This document shows positions 1-11,058 of a stretch of DNA of 64,000 nt, piece after piece. Below the pieces are notes generated by a model. That model did no database searches. It was not told the DNA's origin and saw only the letters and a program-made list of their open reading frames with translations. Each line of letters starts with the position of its first letter. Within the stretch, counting starts at the first letter, position 1. The stretch lies in contig MU005963.1 of the NCBI GenBank assembly GCA_010093745.1, positions 82,217 through 146,216 of the forward strand, read 5' to 3'. Made by a program: the position numbers and the translations under genes. Origin of the DNA: Piedraia hortae CBS 480.64 (taxonomy: Eukaryota).

Positions 1-64
1 GAAGAAATTCAAGGGCCGAGAAAAAGAAGCCAAGAGGATCCACTTCGGCTCGGACCTCGCCTGA
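1..64 (+). CDS. Possible 3' end of a gene running in from the left edge (KKFKGREKEAKRIHFGSDLA*)
   Basis: Frame 2 is open from base 2 to TGA at 62-64 with protein-like codons; too short to identify. Confidence 0.3.
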   Translation, partial: KKFKGREKEAKRIHFGSDLA

Positions 65-874
65 TGATGTAACACGCGGATGTGGCAACGTCATGGTCAA
101 AAATTGTCTGCAGGCCTATGGATTCTGGCACATGCCCTTTTGTACAATGTCATGTCAATGTACATCGAGATAAGGTGCGAGAGACCGGTCTGGTTGAGGT
201 TTAGCGACGCAGTGCATTCTTGGCAAATATGGCTCGGCCAACTATGGGAAAAAGTGGGTGTCCAGCCCCACGATAAGGCTTCTCGCTTATGCATGCGATT
301 TTATCCTTGAATAGTCGAATGCACTATATTGGAGGAATGATGCAATGAGGTTCGTCAGAATGGATAACTGAGCGCTGCCTAGAAATTCGAAGTTTTGTTA
401 AGCGTAACGAAGCTTCTAAAGCGAACCTGTACAGTCCGACAGCGGCAATGAGTTTATACTTCGAAAAACAGTCACACAAACTTGTGGATGAAGGTGTTCT
501 CGAGCAATGGAAGCGTTTGAGCAAGCCTGCATGAATATCTGCCGGATGAACAACTAGATTTTCTAGGGCGTATGTTCATTGGACAATCATTCAGTATGCA
601 GCAAGCAAGTGCAACCTCACAACGATCGATTCTCGAGTTCTTTATTTACTAGGAGCGTTGTTGCATGCTCAGACCATCAAAGGCTTTGTTTACTACGACA
701 ATAGCTCTATGTGCAGTTGCGGTCATCAATGTGTTTGAGTCAATTGTCCATGGAGAGCTCTCTTCTGATCTATTGTCATGATTCCCGACACCCAGACAAG
801 TCTATTGTTCTCACGACACTGTGGAGATCGGGTTTAAAGACGTCCGCTTTCCCTTCCTTTCCCAAGATCAACCA

Positions 875-1885
875 ATGCACTGCACTCGAAACCTCAACAT
901 GTACGCCAGCCGTCAAACTCGCGTTAAGGACAAGTACAAGGTCATCCGCAAATATGGCCCCACTGGAGGGGGCCAAGCCAGTCTAGCCAAGAACTGCGTA
1001 AACAGCCGGCTAGTTGTCATCAAAGAGATTGCTCCTTTTCCAGATGATCAACGTTACCGTCGGCAGCCCTTCGAGGTCAAGGTTCTGGACAGGGTTTTGC
1101 GAATGCATCCCAACATCATCCTTCTCAAGGAGTTCTGGGAGGCTGGGCCTCCTCGACACACTATTTACCACGCGGTTTTCGAGTGTTGTACAGGTGGAGA
1201 CCTTGACGATTTCATTAACCACTGGATCAAGAAGCGTGCCAAGTGGGTACCTAGCCTATTTGTCAAGCATTACGTCGCGGAGATGGCCAGCGCTTTGGGC
1301 TACCTTCACAATGGAATCATGGATATTCAGCATCCCGAAAAGATTGTTGCCAACCATAGCCGGATTATCCACTGCGATATCAAGCCCGGCAACATCTTTA
1401 TGCGTTGGGACATCCCAGACCGGGACGGCCTTCCGATCCTTGCTCTGGGAGATTTTGGACTGGCTTGCTTTGAGCGTGACAGTGTCTCCTACGGCGGGAC
1501 GCCGGGATACTTTCCACCAGAGTGCAAACTGGCGGACAAGATGCCCGCCGCACGAGCAGCGAAGACCACATTTCTCTCGAGCCGTTCAGACATGTACTGC
1601 TTCGGTGGCGTGCTATGGAGCATCATCACGACCAATCGGTTTGACAACAGAATCGTCACCTACACCCCCCCAAGTATGCTAAAGTACATTGCTGACTGCA
1701 CAATTGCTCAAGACGCCGGCGTGATGCGTCTCCTGACGGATTCTTTGCGGGACGACCCTAGAAGGCGGCCTTCCACCTCGGAGCTAGTGCGTATCGGGGC
1801 CAGGCTGCAGAGAAAAGTCAGGGTCATGACACGCGAGGTTGGACTGCGGATGCCGCCTGGCTCGTATCCGAAGGATATCTTGTGA
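875..1885 (+). CDS. Ser/Thr protein kinase (NIMA/Nek-like, divergent, intronless)
   Basis: VVIKEI lysine, HCDIKPGNI catalytic loop, DFG, GTPGYFPPE, DMYCFG and a subdomain XI arginine (PRRRP). First in-frame ATG is at 875, with an alternative at 899. Confidence 0.85.
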   Translation: MHCTRNLNMYASRQTRVKDKYKVIRKYGPTGGGQASLAKNCVNSRLVVIKEIAPFPDDQRYRRQPFEVKVLDRVLRMHPNIILLKEFWEAGPPRHTIYHAVFECCTGGDLDDFINHWIKKRAKWVPSLFVKHYVAEMASALGYLHNGIMDIQHPEKIVANHSRIIHCDIKPGNIFMRWDIPDRDGLPILALGDFGLACFERDSVSYGGTPGYFPPECKLADKMPAARAAKTTFLSSRSDMYCFGGVLWSIITTNRFDNRIVTYTPPSMLKYIADCTIAQDAGVMRLLTDSLRDDPRRRPSTSELVRIGARLQRKVRVMTREVGLRMPPGSYPKDIL

Positions 1886-2092
1886 GCAAATTCTGGATTT
1901 ACTAGATACAAAATGTACCCAGAGGCTTCATTTGTACCGTTGTCTTTGTTCTCACTCGTCTTCCCTCTTCTCCTCGTGTACCTATTCGCCTGTTCGCTTG
2001 TTCACCACCGGTTTTATGCACCGAATGGTTTGAAGAATGCGACTGATCTCTCCCCTTTGGACGCGTGCCATACTGCAATACAAGCACACACC

Positions 2093-3331
2093 CTACTCAT
2101 CCTCCTCCTCACTACTCCCCTCCCCAGCACCATACCTCCCCGCCAACGTCGCCAACCCATCAACCAAGTAATCCCTCTCCTCACCCCTCACCCTCGCCCG
2201 GATAACCCCATCCCTCAACTCCCCAACCTTAACCCCCACCTCCGCCGACGTATCAATCCCCGCCCCAACCTCAATCTCCCCATCCCTTCCCCAAACGGGC
2301 GGAAAGGATGACAGCAAAGGAAACAAAACCGGAACGCAAAAAACCGTATGCCACCCCTCCCTCTCCACCTTCGACCCCTCCCTCTCTCTCCTCCAAACCT
2401 CAACCCTCCCCTCCGAAACATCAATCCAATTCTGCTGACCCGCATTAGGGTCATACAGAGTCGCCCTCCCAAGTGTACGACCCTCAACACCACCCGTTAG
2501 GGACATTCCCAGCTCGAAGAGGGCTGAACCCCCGGAATGAAGTCTGGAGGGGAGGGTTAGCGTCTCCATGGTAGCGCATTGGAGGGCGGATGTCTCCCAG
2601 AGGCATCCCTCCCTCCCCGAAAGGGGAATGTATACGCTCGATCGTTCAGAGAGCTCGAGCAGCATCCGCGCTTGTTGGACAACGCGACGGGATGAGGAGT
2701 CGCTACCGCAGCCCCAGACCCAGAGGGGTATTTTACCGACTTCGTCGTGTGTTTGTTCGAGATAGCTGGTTGTGAAGTCGTTCCAAGGGGTGGTGGTTGA
2801 GGTGAGAAATTGGAGGCCTTGGAGGTGGTCGCATTCTTCGAGGAGGGGGCGGAGGTGGGTGTCTACGATTCCGTTGTCGGTAGTGTCGAGGTTGTTGAAC
2901 AGTTCAAAGCCGGGGGTGGAAGGACTGTCTGAGAGGGGATGGATGCTTCGCCGATTGAAGAATGTGCGGTTATAGTCCGACCAGTACCGGACGGTTTCGG
3001 GGAGGGGGGTTGGTGGATCGAACGTGGTGCTCAAGGCGACCTGGTAGGGGTGAGAGGGCGTAGAGGGTGTAGTTTGGATTGTTGTGAGGCCTTCTTCTGC
3101 GGGAGTTTCAGGCTCGATGGGGTCTTGATCGTGGATGAAGCTTCCCAAGGAGGATTTGAAGTCGTAGATGAGGGTTCTGGGGAAGGGGGTTTCGATTTTG
3201 GAGGTCAGGGAGGGTTGGAAGGATATGTTGTGGTCGAGTAGAGGGGTGGTGTAGCTGCTTTGGGTGTTCCAATAGTGGGTCCCCACGTAGTTGGCCTCGC
3301 GGCCGATTTGGATGGTGATGATCTCGTGCAT
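2093..3331 (-). CDS. DML1: DML1/Misato tubulin-like protein
   Basis: N-terminal MHEIITIQIG..ANYVGTHYWN, PRTLIYD, VRYWSDY and LEECDHLQG motifs typical of Misato/Dml1. Confidence 0.9.
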   Translation of the reverse strand: MHEIITIQIGREANYVGTHYWNTQSSYTTPLLDHNISFQPSLTSKIETPFPRTLIYDFKSSLGSFIHDQDPIEPETPAEEGLTTIQTTPSTPSHPYQVALSTTFDPPTPLPETVRYWSDYNRTFFNRRSIHPLSDSPSTPGFELFNNLDTTDNGIVDTHLRPLLEECDHLQGLQFLTSTTTPWNDFTTSYLEQTHDEVGKIPLWVWGCGSDSSSRRVVQQARMLLELSERSSVYIPLSGREGCLWETSALQCATMETLTLPSRLHSGGSALFELGMSLTGGVEGRTLGRATLYDPNAGQQNWIDVSEGRVEVWRREREGSKVEREGWHTVFCVPVLFPLLSSFPPVWGRDGEIEVGAGIDTSAEVGVKVGELRDGVIRARVRGEERDYLVDGLATLAGRYGAGEGSSEEEDE

Positions 3332-3569
3332 GATTGGGTCAGTGAGCTTGTTGGATTTCGATATTCAAAGTGCGTTGAGGATACGAGCGCCTTGGCGCCA
3401 AGGGGAGGTATCCCCTAACGCTGACGACGTCATTGCTGTTAGTCAGCTTCAACGTCAGCTTGATGCAACATGAGTTGGTTGGTCACTGCTACAGACCATT
3501 CATCTAGGAAACGAGTGCGACCGTTGATGCGAATCTGTTATATCTAGCTGCTACAACCTCGGTGTAAAC

Positions 3570-4631
3570 CTAGCCCATCATCTGCCAGGCCTCATCTGGA
3601 GGCCATCTCGTCTGAGCAAAGCTCAAGCAGCGTTTGATACCCTGCAGCATCTTCCTTGTTGTATCGTCAGACATGATGTGTGCAGTCCCAGCCTTGTTCC
3701 TCTCTCGTTCATGCAGTTTTTCCCTTGAGCTTCTCTCGTGGATGCCAACCATTGTGACTCCAATAGGCCACGCAGCCTTTCCGATGCTGACTCTCAGGTA
3801 CGCATCGTTGGCGCTGACGTACTTTCTCAGCTGAGCCAAGTGCACGATCTCGTTGATGGCATTGAACAACTCCTCGGCGAGTTTGTCATCCTCCAGTTTA
3901 CGAAACAGCGGCACAAGGCTGTCCCGTGCCTGCTCAAAGTAGCCGTGAGCTTGTTTCCCTGGTGCCGAGTCTTTAACGTCTTGAGGACGTCGTGCGAGGG
4001 CCAGCTGCCACTCTAACAGCAGCATATCGAAGTAGCTGGCAATCTGGCGACGGAGAAAGAAGCGGTCCTTGGGGTCGATGGGCACACGCTCTGGTACCTT
4101 CATATCCTTTTCTTCCACCAGCTCAAGAGAGGTTGGGATAGGGCCGTCTGTCATCTTGGCGGGGACGGGTGTGGCAACGGCGCGGTAGCGACGCAGGCGC
4201 TGAAGGTGCGATTCGCCAAACAGTCGCCGCGGCTCATCGAGCGCCTTGAGCCGATCTTGGAGCTCGTCGTCTGCAATGTCCTCTTCCCCTTCGGGCAGCG
4301 GAGAGTCTTCCTTCTTCCTCTCTAACTCCGGCAGTCCGATGCGCTTGCGCCGCTTGTTCTCGGCCTCGAACGCCTCTTCTTCGGCCACGCGGCGGCTCTC
4401 TTCGGCCATCCGCTTGCGCTTTGCCTGACGCTCGGCCTGCTTAGCCTCTTCTTCCCCTTCGGCCCGCCGTTTTTTGTCTAGCCGATCCTGTCGCGCGCGC
4501 TCCTTGGCTTCCTGCTCTTGGCGGTATTCGGCCTCGCGCTGCGCCTCCAGCTCCGATCGCTTGGTGGATTTGCGCTTGTCGCTGGGTGCGGCAGCGGCAA
4601 TTTGTTCCTTCATCAGGCTGGCAAAGTCCAT
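3570..4631 (-). CDS. PRP18: Pre-mRNA splicing factor 18
   Basis: MDFASLM start, PRP4-like EPRRLFGES motif, and C-terminal ANDAYLRVSIGKAAWPIGVTMVGIHERS signature. Confidence 0.95.
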   Translation of the reverse strand: MDFASLMKEQIAAAAPSDKRKSTKRSELEAQREAEYRQEQEAKERARQDRLDKKRRAEGEEEAKQAERQAKRKRMAEESRRVAEEEAFEAENKRRKRIGLPELERKKEDSPLPEGEEDIADDELQDRLKALDEPRRLFGESHLQRLRRYRAVATPVPAKMTDGPIPTSLELVEEKDMKVPERVPIDPKDRFFLRRQIASYFDMLLLEWQLALARRPQDVKDSAPGKQAHGYFEQARDSLVPLFRKLEDDKLAEELFNAINEIVHLAQLRKYVSANDAYLRVSIGKAAWPIGVTMVGIHERSSREKLHERERNKAGTAHIMSDDTTRKMLQGIKRCLSFAQTRWPPDEAWQMMG

Positions 4632-4714
4632 GTTGGATGTTGTGGTGTGTGTGTGTAGTTGGGTAAAGTGTGTTGATTACGGATGTTTCGACTATCATAC
4701 ATTCTCCCATTGAC

Positions 4715-5494
4715 TCAGTACGGCCGCCCACCGTAACCGCCGCCGCGTCCACCACCACCACCAAATCCCCCACCGCCATCATATCCTCCCCCACCTCCGC
4801 CGTAGTTTGGCCCCGGCGGCCGCTCTCCTCTCCGCCAATCGCCGGGCGGCGGCGCGGTGCCGAAGCCATGGCCGTTCCTAAAATCACCGCGGCCTCTGCC
4901 GAGGCCATGATCTCTGGGGCCTCTGTCGACGTATCCTCGTTCGACAGGGGGCGGCGCAATGCGGCCCTCGGAATCGGGCGGCAAGATTGTGCAAGCCACG
5001 TAGTCACCAATGACGAACCGCGAGTCGCTGAGAGTCTTGTGCGCATCTCCCTCCAACTGGTCCTCGATGCTGCTGCCATCCACCTCCGCCTCGTTTCCAC
5101 CAATTACCACCGATCCAATAGGCTTATCCCGCCATCTTCCGCGACCATCCTCTCCCACCTCTGCTCGCGTGTCCGGGAAGATGAGCTTATAGACTAGCCG
5201 CGTGCCAACGGGCGGGCTGGGCAGGACGCCCTTGGGCAGAACACTGAGTAGGAGTCCGGTGAGTTCACCCAGCGTGCACGTCGGCCATGTGTAGATCTGC
5301 ACACTGTGCTGGCGAATTTCGGCCGGTAAAATCTGAGAGTAGTCAGAGACGCCTTCGGCCGTCGGATTGAACGGCGGCGCGACGCTGAACTCGCGGGGGC
5401 TGAGAGAGCGATCTCGACGCCAGTAGCAGCGCAAGAGAAACGGCGCCGTAGTTGTGCGGTCTACCTTGCGGTTGTCGCTGGGTTGGAGCGACAT
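4715..5494 (-). CDS. SAP18: Sin3-associated polypeptide SAP18 with an RGG/Gly-rich C-terminal tail
   Basis: DRTTTAPFLL, QIYTWPTCTLGEL and KTLSDSRFVIGDY motifs; ATG at 5494. Confidence 0.88.
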   Translation of the reverse strand: MSLQPSDNRKVDRTTTAPFLLRCYWRRDRSLSPREFSVAPPFNPTAEGVSDYSQILPAEIRQHSVQIYTWPTCTLGELTGLLLSVLPKGVLPSPPVGTRLVYKLIFPDTRAEVGEDGRGRWRDKPIGSVVIGGNEAEVDGSSIEDQLEGDAHKTLSDSRFVIGDYVACTILPPDSEGRIAPPPVERGYVDRGPRDHGLGRGRGDFRNGHGFGTAPPPGDWRRGERPPGPNYGGGGGGYDGGGGFGGGGGRGGGYGGRPY

Positions 5495-6290
5495 GTTGGA
5501 AGCGCGAATAGAGCTCCAGGCGAATTTGTGCGCCACCGGCGGCAGGTGGCGTCAGACGGGACGGACCGGGCCGCTGTCATGGGGGGCTTTGTCGCCCCCT
5601 TCAGAAACTTGGGAGCACACATGACCCTGAAAGTCACGACAGTCATAGTCCTGTGTGACCTTCCGATCTCACCCGTCCGTCTTGCTCCGTTGGTTTTTTG
5701 TAATCACTCCATATGGTGACTCATCTGCAGCAGGCAGACATGCAGACCCCAGGAATGATTATACTGTTCAGATGGGCCATTGAGCAGCTGATGCCAATAA
5801 AGTGTCTTGTAGGCTTGAGGCTAACGGGCCGTTTTGGATGTGGCAAATAGCCGTACCACCCTCCCCCACTGACATCCGCCCGGACACTCCTTTTGTTCTA
5901 AAAAAAGTACGTTCATGCAATGCCGATCCGCCACAGTGACTCGATCGGAGGCTACAACGATGCTGCCATCTGATGACTTAGCTGCCAAACCACTGCTTCA
6001 AGCAATTGCAAGCGAGACAGACGCGTCATGCGCCAGATGGTAATTTTCAGCCCAACTTGGCTGAGATCAGTTTCTAATACTTCTTGGCCTTACCACTGTG
6101 TGGCTTTTCGGATGCGTCACGCCTACAGCCTCGTTGCCTCTATGGGGTACCCATATAAGCGAGCCCCTGCGCCATTGGCGCAGCTTTGTAGAACTGCTCA
6201 TAGAACCGTTCACCATTGCTTTTGACACTGTACTCTCCTCTAATGACGACGAATCCGCGCGAGCAACAACACAGGGCAGCTACCAGTAGC

Positions 6291-8011
6291 ATGAGTGTTC
6301 GGCGGCCGAAGAAGCTGATTGTCTGTTGTGATGGTAAGTCGTGTTCACTACTCCGGTTGGCATTCCTAACGTTTTCACAGGTACCTGGGCAGATAGCGAT
6401 AATAGTTGGGTAAAGGGCAAAAGAGGCCAGCCAGGCCATCCTGCCTTTCCAACTAATGTCGCTAGGATTGCGAGAGCAATCAAGCCCGAAGACGACGATC
6501 ACCACCCTCAAATTACCTACTATCAAGCTGGCATTGGAACAGGTCTTGGAGTCTACAACCATGTTGTTGGTGGCGGCACAGGCCTAGGACTCGCAGTGCA
6601 CGTTCGTGAAGCTTATGCCTTCCTTGCCAGCAACTACTCAGAGCATGAAAGTGTAATCCCTCCTGATTCAATATTCCTAATCGGCTTTTCAAGAGGAGCA
6701 TACACTGCTCGGAGCCTCGGGGGATTTATCTGTGCAATGGGAATTCTGAAGCGGCAGGCAATGGCTCACTTTTACGAGATATTTGAAGACTGGGTTAAAG
6801 CTGGTGACCCGAAGCACGAGCCAGTCTTTTTCAAGAACTACTTTCAGCATCACACGGACGTGAAGGAGATCCATCCTGATTACAGGCTGAGCAAGAGCCG
6901 AAAGACGGAAGAAAGAGACAAGTATTTGAAAGACTACTTCTCAAAGCTTGAAGCTCTTGGCCTCACGCAAAAAGCCTACATCAATGCAATTGGCGTGTGG
7001 GATACTGTTGGCGCTCTGGGAATTCCCGTTAACCCAATCCTCCAAAAAGCCTTTCCCTTCCTGCCCTCTTTCTTCCGCTCATACAAATGGTATGACACGC
7101 GGCTAGACGATCAGATGCGGAACGCGTTCCAAGCTCTTGCGTTGGATGAGCGACGCTTTCCGTTCTCGCCTGCTATCTGGGAAAATAATCCCGACCATCC
7201 AACAAACCTTCAGCAAGTCTGGTTCCCTGGCTCACATTCAGACGTTGGAGGCTCGTACCCCGACAGTGGCATTGCGAATATGACACTTGCCTGGATGATG
7301 GACCGCTTATCTGGCAACATGGTGGAAGATCGGTCAAAATTTCACCACCGTGATTGGATCCAGTTTGACGAGGATCGCATTGGATTGTGGTACGATTGCC
7401 AATTGGCGGGGTATCAGACGCACAAAAGAGACAAGTATCGGCCTTGGGCACTGGGAAAGATTAGTGATTCAAACACCTTCCCTCACTACCTACTCGGCAA
7501 GCGCACCAGGCAACCAGGCAGGAACTTTGCCTCTTTCTACGGCTCGGGGAGGGTCAATCGGGAAAGACCGCTTGTTCACACTAGCGAACAGATTCACCGT
7601 TCTGTGCGGAGGAGAATTGAAAAGTGTGGGCGAGGCGTGGAACCGCAGTGGGACGGGGTGATTGGCCTCGGCGGGTGGCACGTAACCCCGTTGATTCAAT
7701 ACGCATGGCGTCATATTCGCAAAGGCGAGATCTCCTACGATCCGCGGCGAAAGGGTCATTCCCTCCATGGCTGGTCCATGCCCGTTTCACTTGAAGAACC
7801 GGATGATATCACCGATGGTGAGACAGTGAGAGTGAAGTGGGTCTGGCAGGGTCAGGAGGGATATCAACCTCTGCCTGAAGCCAAGCTTGGAAGGTACGAA
7901 ATGAAATTTTTCCAACAGTGTAACAAGAACGAAATGGAAAGGAAAAACATTTTTGAGTCTGCCAGTTCACCATCTGGCAGGGTGAATTCGCTGCATGGGC
8001 GTACGTTTTAG
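6291..8011 (+). CDS. DUF2235 (Tle1-like phospholipase, alpha/beta hydrolase) protein; exons 6291-6333 and 6381-8011
   Basis: KKLIVCCDG|TW across a GT-AG intron (6334-6380); TNVARIAR, YYQAGIG, GFSRGAY, GVWDTVG, ALALDERR and VWFPGSHSDVGG motifs. Confidence 0.9.
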
Positions 8012-8936
8012 GGTTTATTTTGTACTATGATGCCTCATGAACAGTGTTCATGCTACTTATCAATAGCAATTATCAATAAATCTTCCAGAAGATACTCCTC
8101 CGAGCCGCCTGGTTGGAATACAATGTACCCCACAAAGGCATTACCCCATGGGGATTTTAGCCTCGGCAGCACAAGCTTTCAGTTCAACCAATCAGCAGCT
8201 TTCTGAAATGTTATCTGGATATTGACAGGTCCCTGCATATGCAGGGCGAGTCGGCTTAACGGCTTGGCCAGACGTCAGCAACAGCTAACCCCAGCGACAA
8301 GGCCTTGTAGAACGCTTTGGAAAGTAAAACATCTGTGACAATGACTCTGCATATCTTGATGTTTTTGACAGTAAAGCTCCAGGCAACTTATTGAGAAGTT
8401 TTGCTGTTCGAGTCTAGCAAAAACGAACCTTCTCGATGGTCATAGGGCGATCCCCCACATCAGTTACAGCTAGTTACGAGCTTCAAAGCTGCATATTCCA
8501 TCACAACTGCAAGCCACAGATAGGGCGTCGTCCGATTAACGCAGTTCAGAAGGAATCTCGACTCAGTCTCTCCCACCGTGACTCGCCATATTGTACAAAA
8601 CACATGATGTCGCGCAGGAGGCGCACCTGCAAGGCAGGTGATGACTTAATCCGAGGAGCAGAATGAGCGGTGAATTTGAGTTTCTAACCAAGACGAGCTT
8701 CCAAAGTGGGCCTACATCAGTTGCCCAACGCTAGAATTTGTTGTTTGATTCGACGTTCGAGAATATGGCAATCTACACAGAATCAGTTGTGTTGATACTG
8801 ATAAGAGTGACGTTCGTGGATGCCTGCCTGATGGAGCAATCGGGGCCGAACAGCTTTCAAGAACTATCCGCATGTGCCGACGGCTTGGATTGGTATAAAA
8901 TTGCCATGATTACTCCTCCAGGCCTTCCATCATATC

Positions 8937-10160
8937 ATGCCTTCTATCATCAATCTACACTTCCTCGCTTCGGCCACTCTTTGCCTTGCTGCACCAACCA
9001 ACTTTACACTAAATGGCTTCCAAGTGCACCAAGTTCCCAACGGCCAAGTTCTCAAAAGCGGACCACGGGATGCCTTGCGAACCTACCGCAAGTACGGACT
9101 GACACCCCCATCGTATCTCGAAAAAGCCGCCGCGTCCTTTCAGGAGGGCAGCGTATCCGCCTATCCCGACTCCTATGAGTCTTCGTATCTCTGCCCCGTC
9201 CAAGTCGGCAACAATAAGCTGAACCTCGACTTCGACACCGGCAGTTCCGACCTCTGGGTGTTCTCCACTCTCACCCCCTCCACCATGCGCAACGGCCAAG
9301 CCACATACAACCCCTTTACCGGCCGCCGCCTACCAGGCTATACCTGGCATATCGGCTATGCCGACGGCTCCGGCGCATCCGGCAAAGTCTACTCCGACCG
9401 GGTCGCTGTCGGCGGCGTCACAGCTACCTCCATGGCGGTTGAAGCCGCAACCTCCGTCTCCGGCAGCTTCGCCCGTCTCACCAACACCGACGGCCTTCTT
9501 GGTCTAGCCTTCAGCTCCATCAACACCATCAAACCCTACCCGCAGAAAACTTTCTTCGACAAAATCAAAAACACCCTCCCCCAGCCCCTCTTTACCGCAA
9601 CCCTCCGCCACAATGCACCAGGTGTCTACGATTTCGGGTAAGACCCCCCACGCGCGAAGCAACCCTGCTCACCTACCCAGCTTCGTCGACGAGGAGAAAT
9701 ATACCGGCTCGCTATCCTACGTCCCAGTTGACTCCTCTGAAGGCTTCTGGTCCTTTACCGCGGGGTCTTACTCTGTCGGCTCATCACTCACTTCCCTGGG
9801 CACCATCGGTTCCGCCATCACGGATACGGGCACAACGCTCATGTTCGTCCCCCCGATGCGGCGGAGCGCTTCTACTCCTACGTTGCTGGCGCGAAACTCG
9901 ATGAAGAGCAGGGGGGATATGTCTTCCCTTGCGATGCGCATGTTCCGTCTTTTGTAGTTGATGTGGGGGGGTTGGATGTTTCTGTGAGGGGCGAGTTGGT
10001 GAATTATGCCCCTACAGGAGAGAGTGGAATGTGTTTTGGAGGGATCCAGCCTTCGGATGGGAAATTGAATATTTTTGGGGACGTGTTCCTCAAGGCGGTT
10101 TATGTAGTGTTTGATTTGAGTGAGGGAACGCCGAGGTTGGGCTTCGGGAAACAGGCTTAG
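8937..10160 (+). CDS. Secreted pepsin-like (A1) aspartic protease, aspergillopepsin type; intron 9638-9680; apparent 1-bp frameshift in the C run at 9849-9854
   Basis: Signal peptide, DTGSSDLWV and DTGTT catalytic motifs, DGLLGLAF, IFGDVFLK..YVVFD. Homologous-looking sequence (DAAERFYSYVAGA..GGYVFPC) continues in another frame after the C6 run. Confidence 0.85.
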
Positions 10161-10559
10161 GGATTGGTTGGATGGAGGGATGATGATTGGGATGTAGGTA
10201 GGGGTAGATAGGGTTTGGATGAGATTGAATTGTTCGGAGGGCTTTTTTTTTGGTTCCTTTGAGAGGGTGTTTGCGAGGAAGTCGGGTTGTGTTGCCTCGC
10301 CTCTTCTGTCGTAGGGGGCTGGAAAGGGGTGGCAGGTGACTTTGCGTAGCTTACGTGGGAGGAATAAAAGGCTTTCAAGGTCGAAGGAAGGTGGTTTGCC
10401 CTACTTCAATTTTTATGTGTATTATATGCATGGATCCTTCCATTGTAAAACTGACAAGGTGAGACTTGGTAGCTTATGAGAGGTATTGAACTTCGTGTGT
10501 GGTAGACAAAGAAGAGTGAGATACAGTGCTATAACGTGCCTGAACAGTGAACGGATTCC

Positions 10560-10772
10560 TGTCGTGACCACTGGGACTTCTAGCAATAGATGGGCTGATC
10601 CCCGGGCTGGTCCGAAACAAGGCTGGCCCCGTACATGAGAGGCTAGTCCTCGCCCTCTTTCTGTGCCTGAATCTCTCCCTATTCGCTTGTAACTAGCACC
10701 TTCGTATCACCGTTATTAGTTCTCTTGTACCTACACCTGTTTCTCTCGCTTTACCATTCTGTCAGAAGGATG
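10560..10772. mobile_element. Possible truncated LTR remnant, resembling family C (43053-43300) in opposite orientation
   Basis: Starts TGTCGTG; GGGCTGGTCCG..TGGCCCC resembles the reverse complement of about 43230-43270; pyrimidine-rich tract follows; abuts the family A LTR. No TSD found. Confidence 0.3.
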
Positions 10773-11058
10773 TGTTGGATTCAAGCATCGCCGCTAGCGT
10801 GTATGCGGGGCACTTGCATAGCAAGTCAGCGATACCTCCTACACTACCAGCTGTACCCTAGGTTTTTCCCTCAAAGAGGTTGTCCCTCAGGGTCATGTCA
10901 TATGTGACATGGTGAATACGCCCCGCTAGTGTACGACGTGACGTCACCGGCCCACCGGTACAGAATTTTCATAGTCATTTCACACTATCATATCGACACT
11001 GGTATTGACTCATATCCATCTGAACCTGTCCTGTCCCTGTTGTCGATTTCCGTCTATC
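10773..11058 (-). mobile_element. Truncated LTR, family A (inverted copy lacking about 55 bp of one end)
   Basis: Reverse complement of 13361-13720 / 43595-43954, from TGTTGGATTCAAGC to CCGTCTATC; no TSD. Confidence 0.85.

Noticed and set aside
6291..8011. Horizontally acquired bacterial T6SS Tle1 effector
   Set aside because: DUF2235 genes are common in fungi, and this one has a typical fungal intron and composition.
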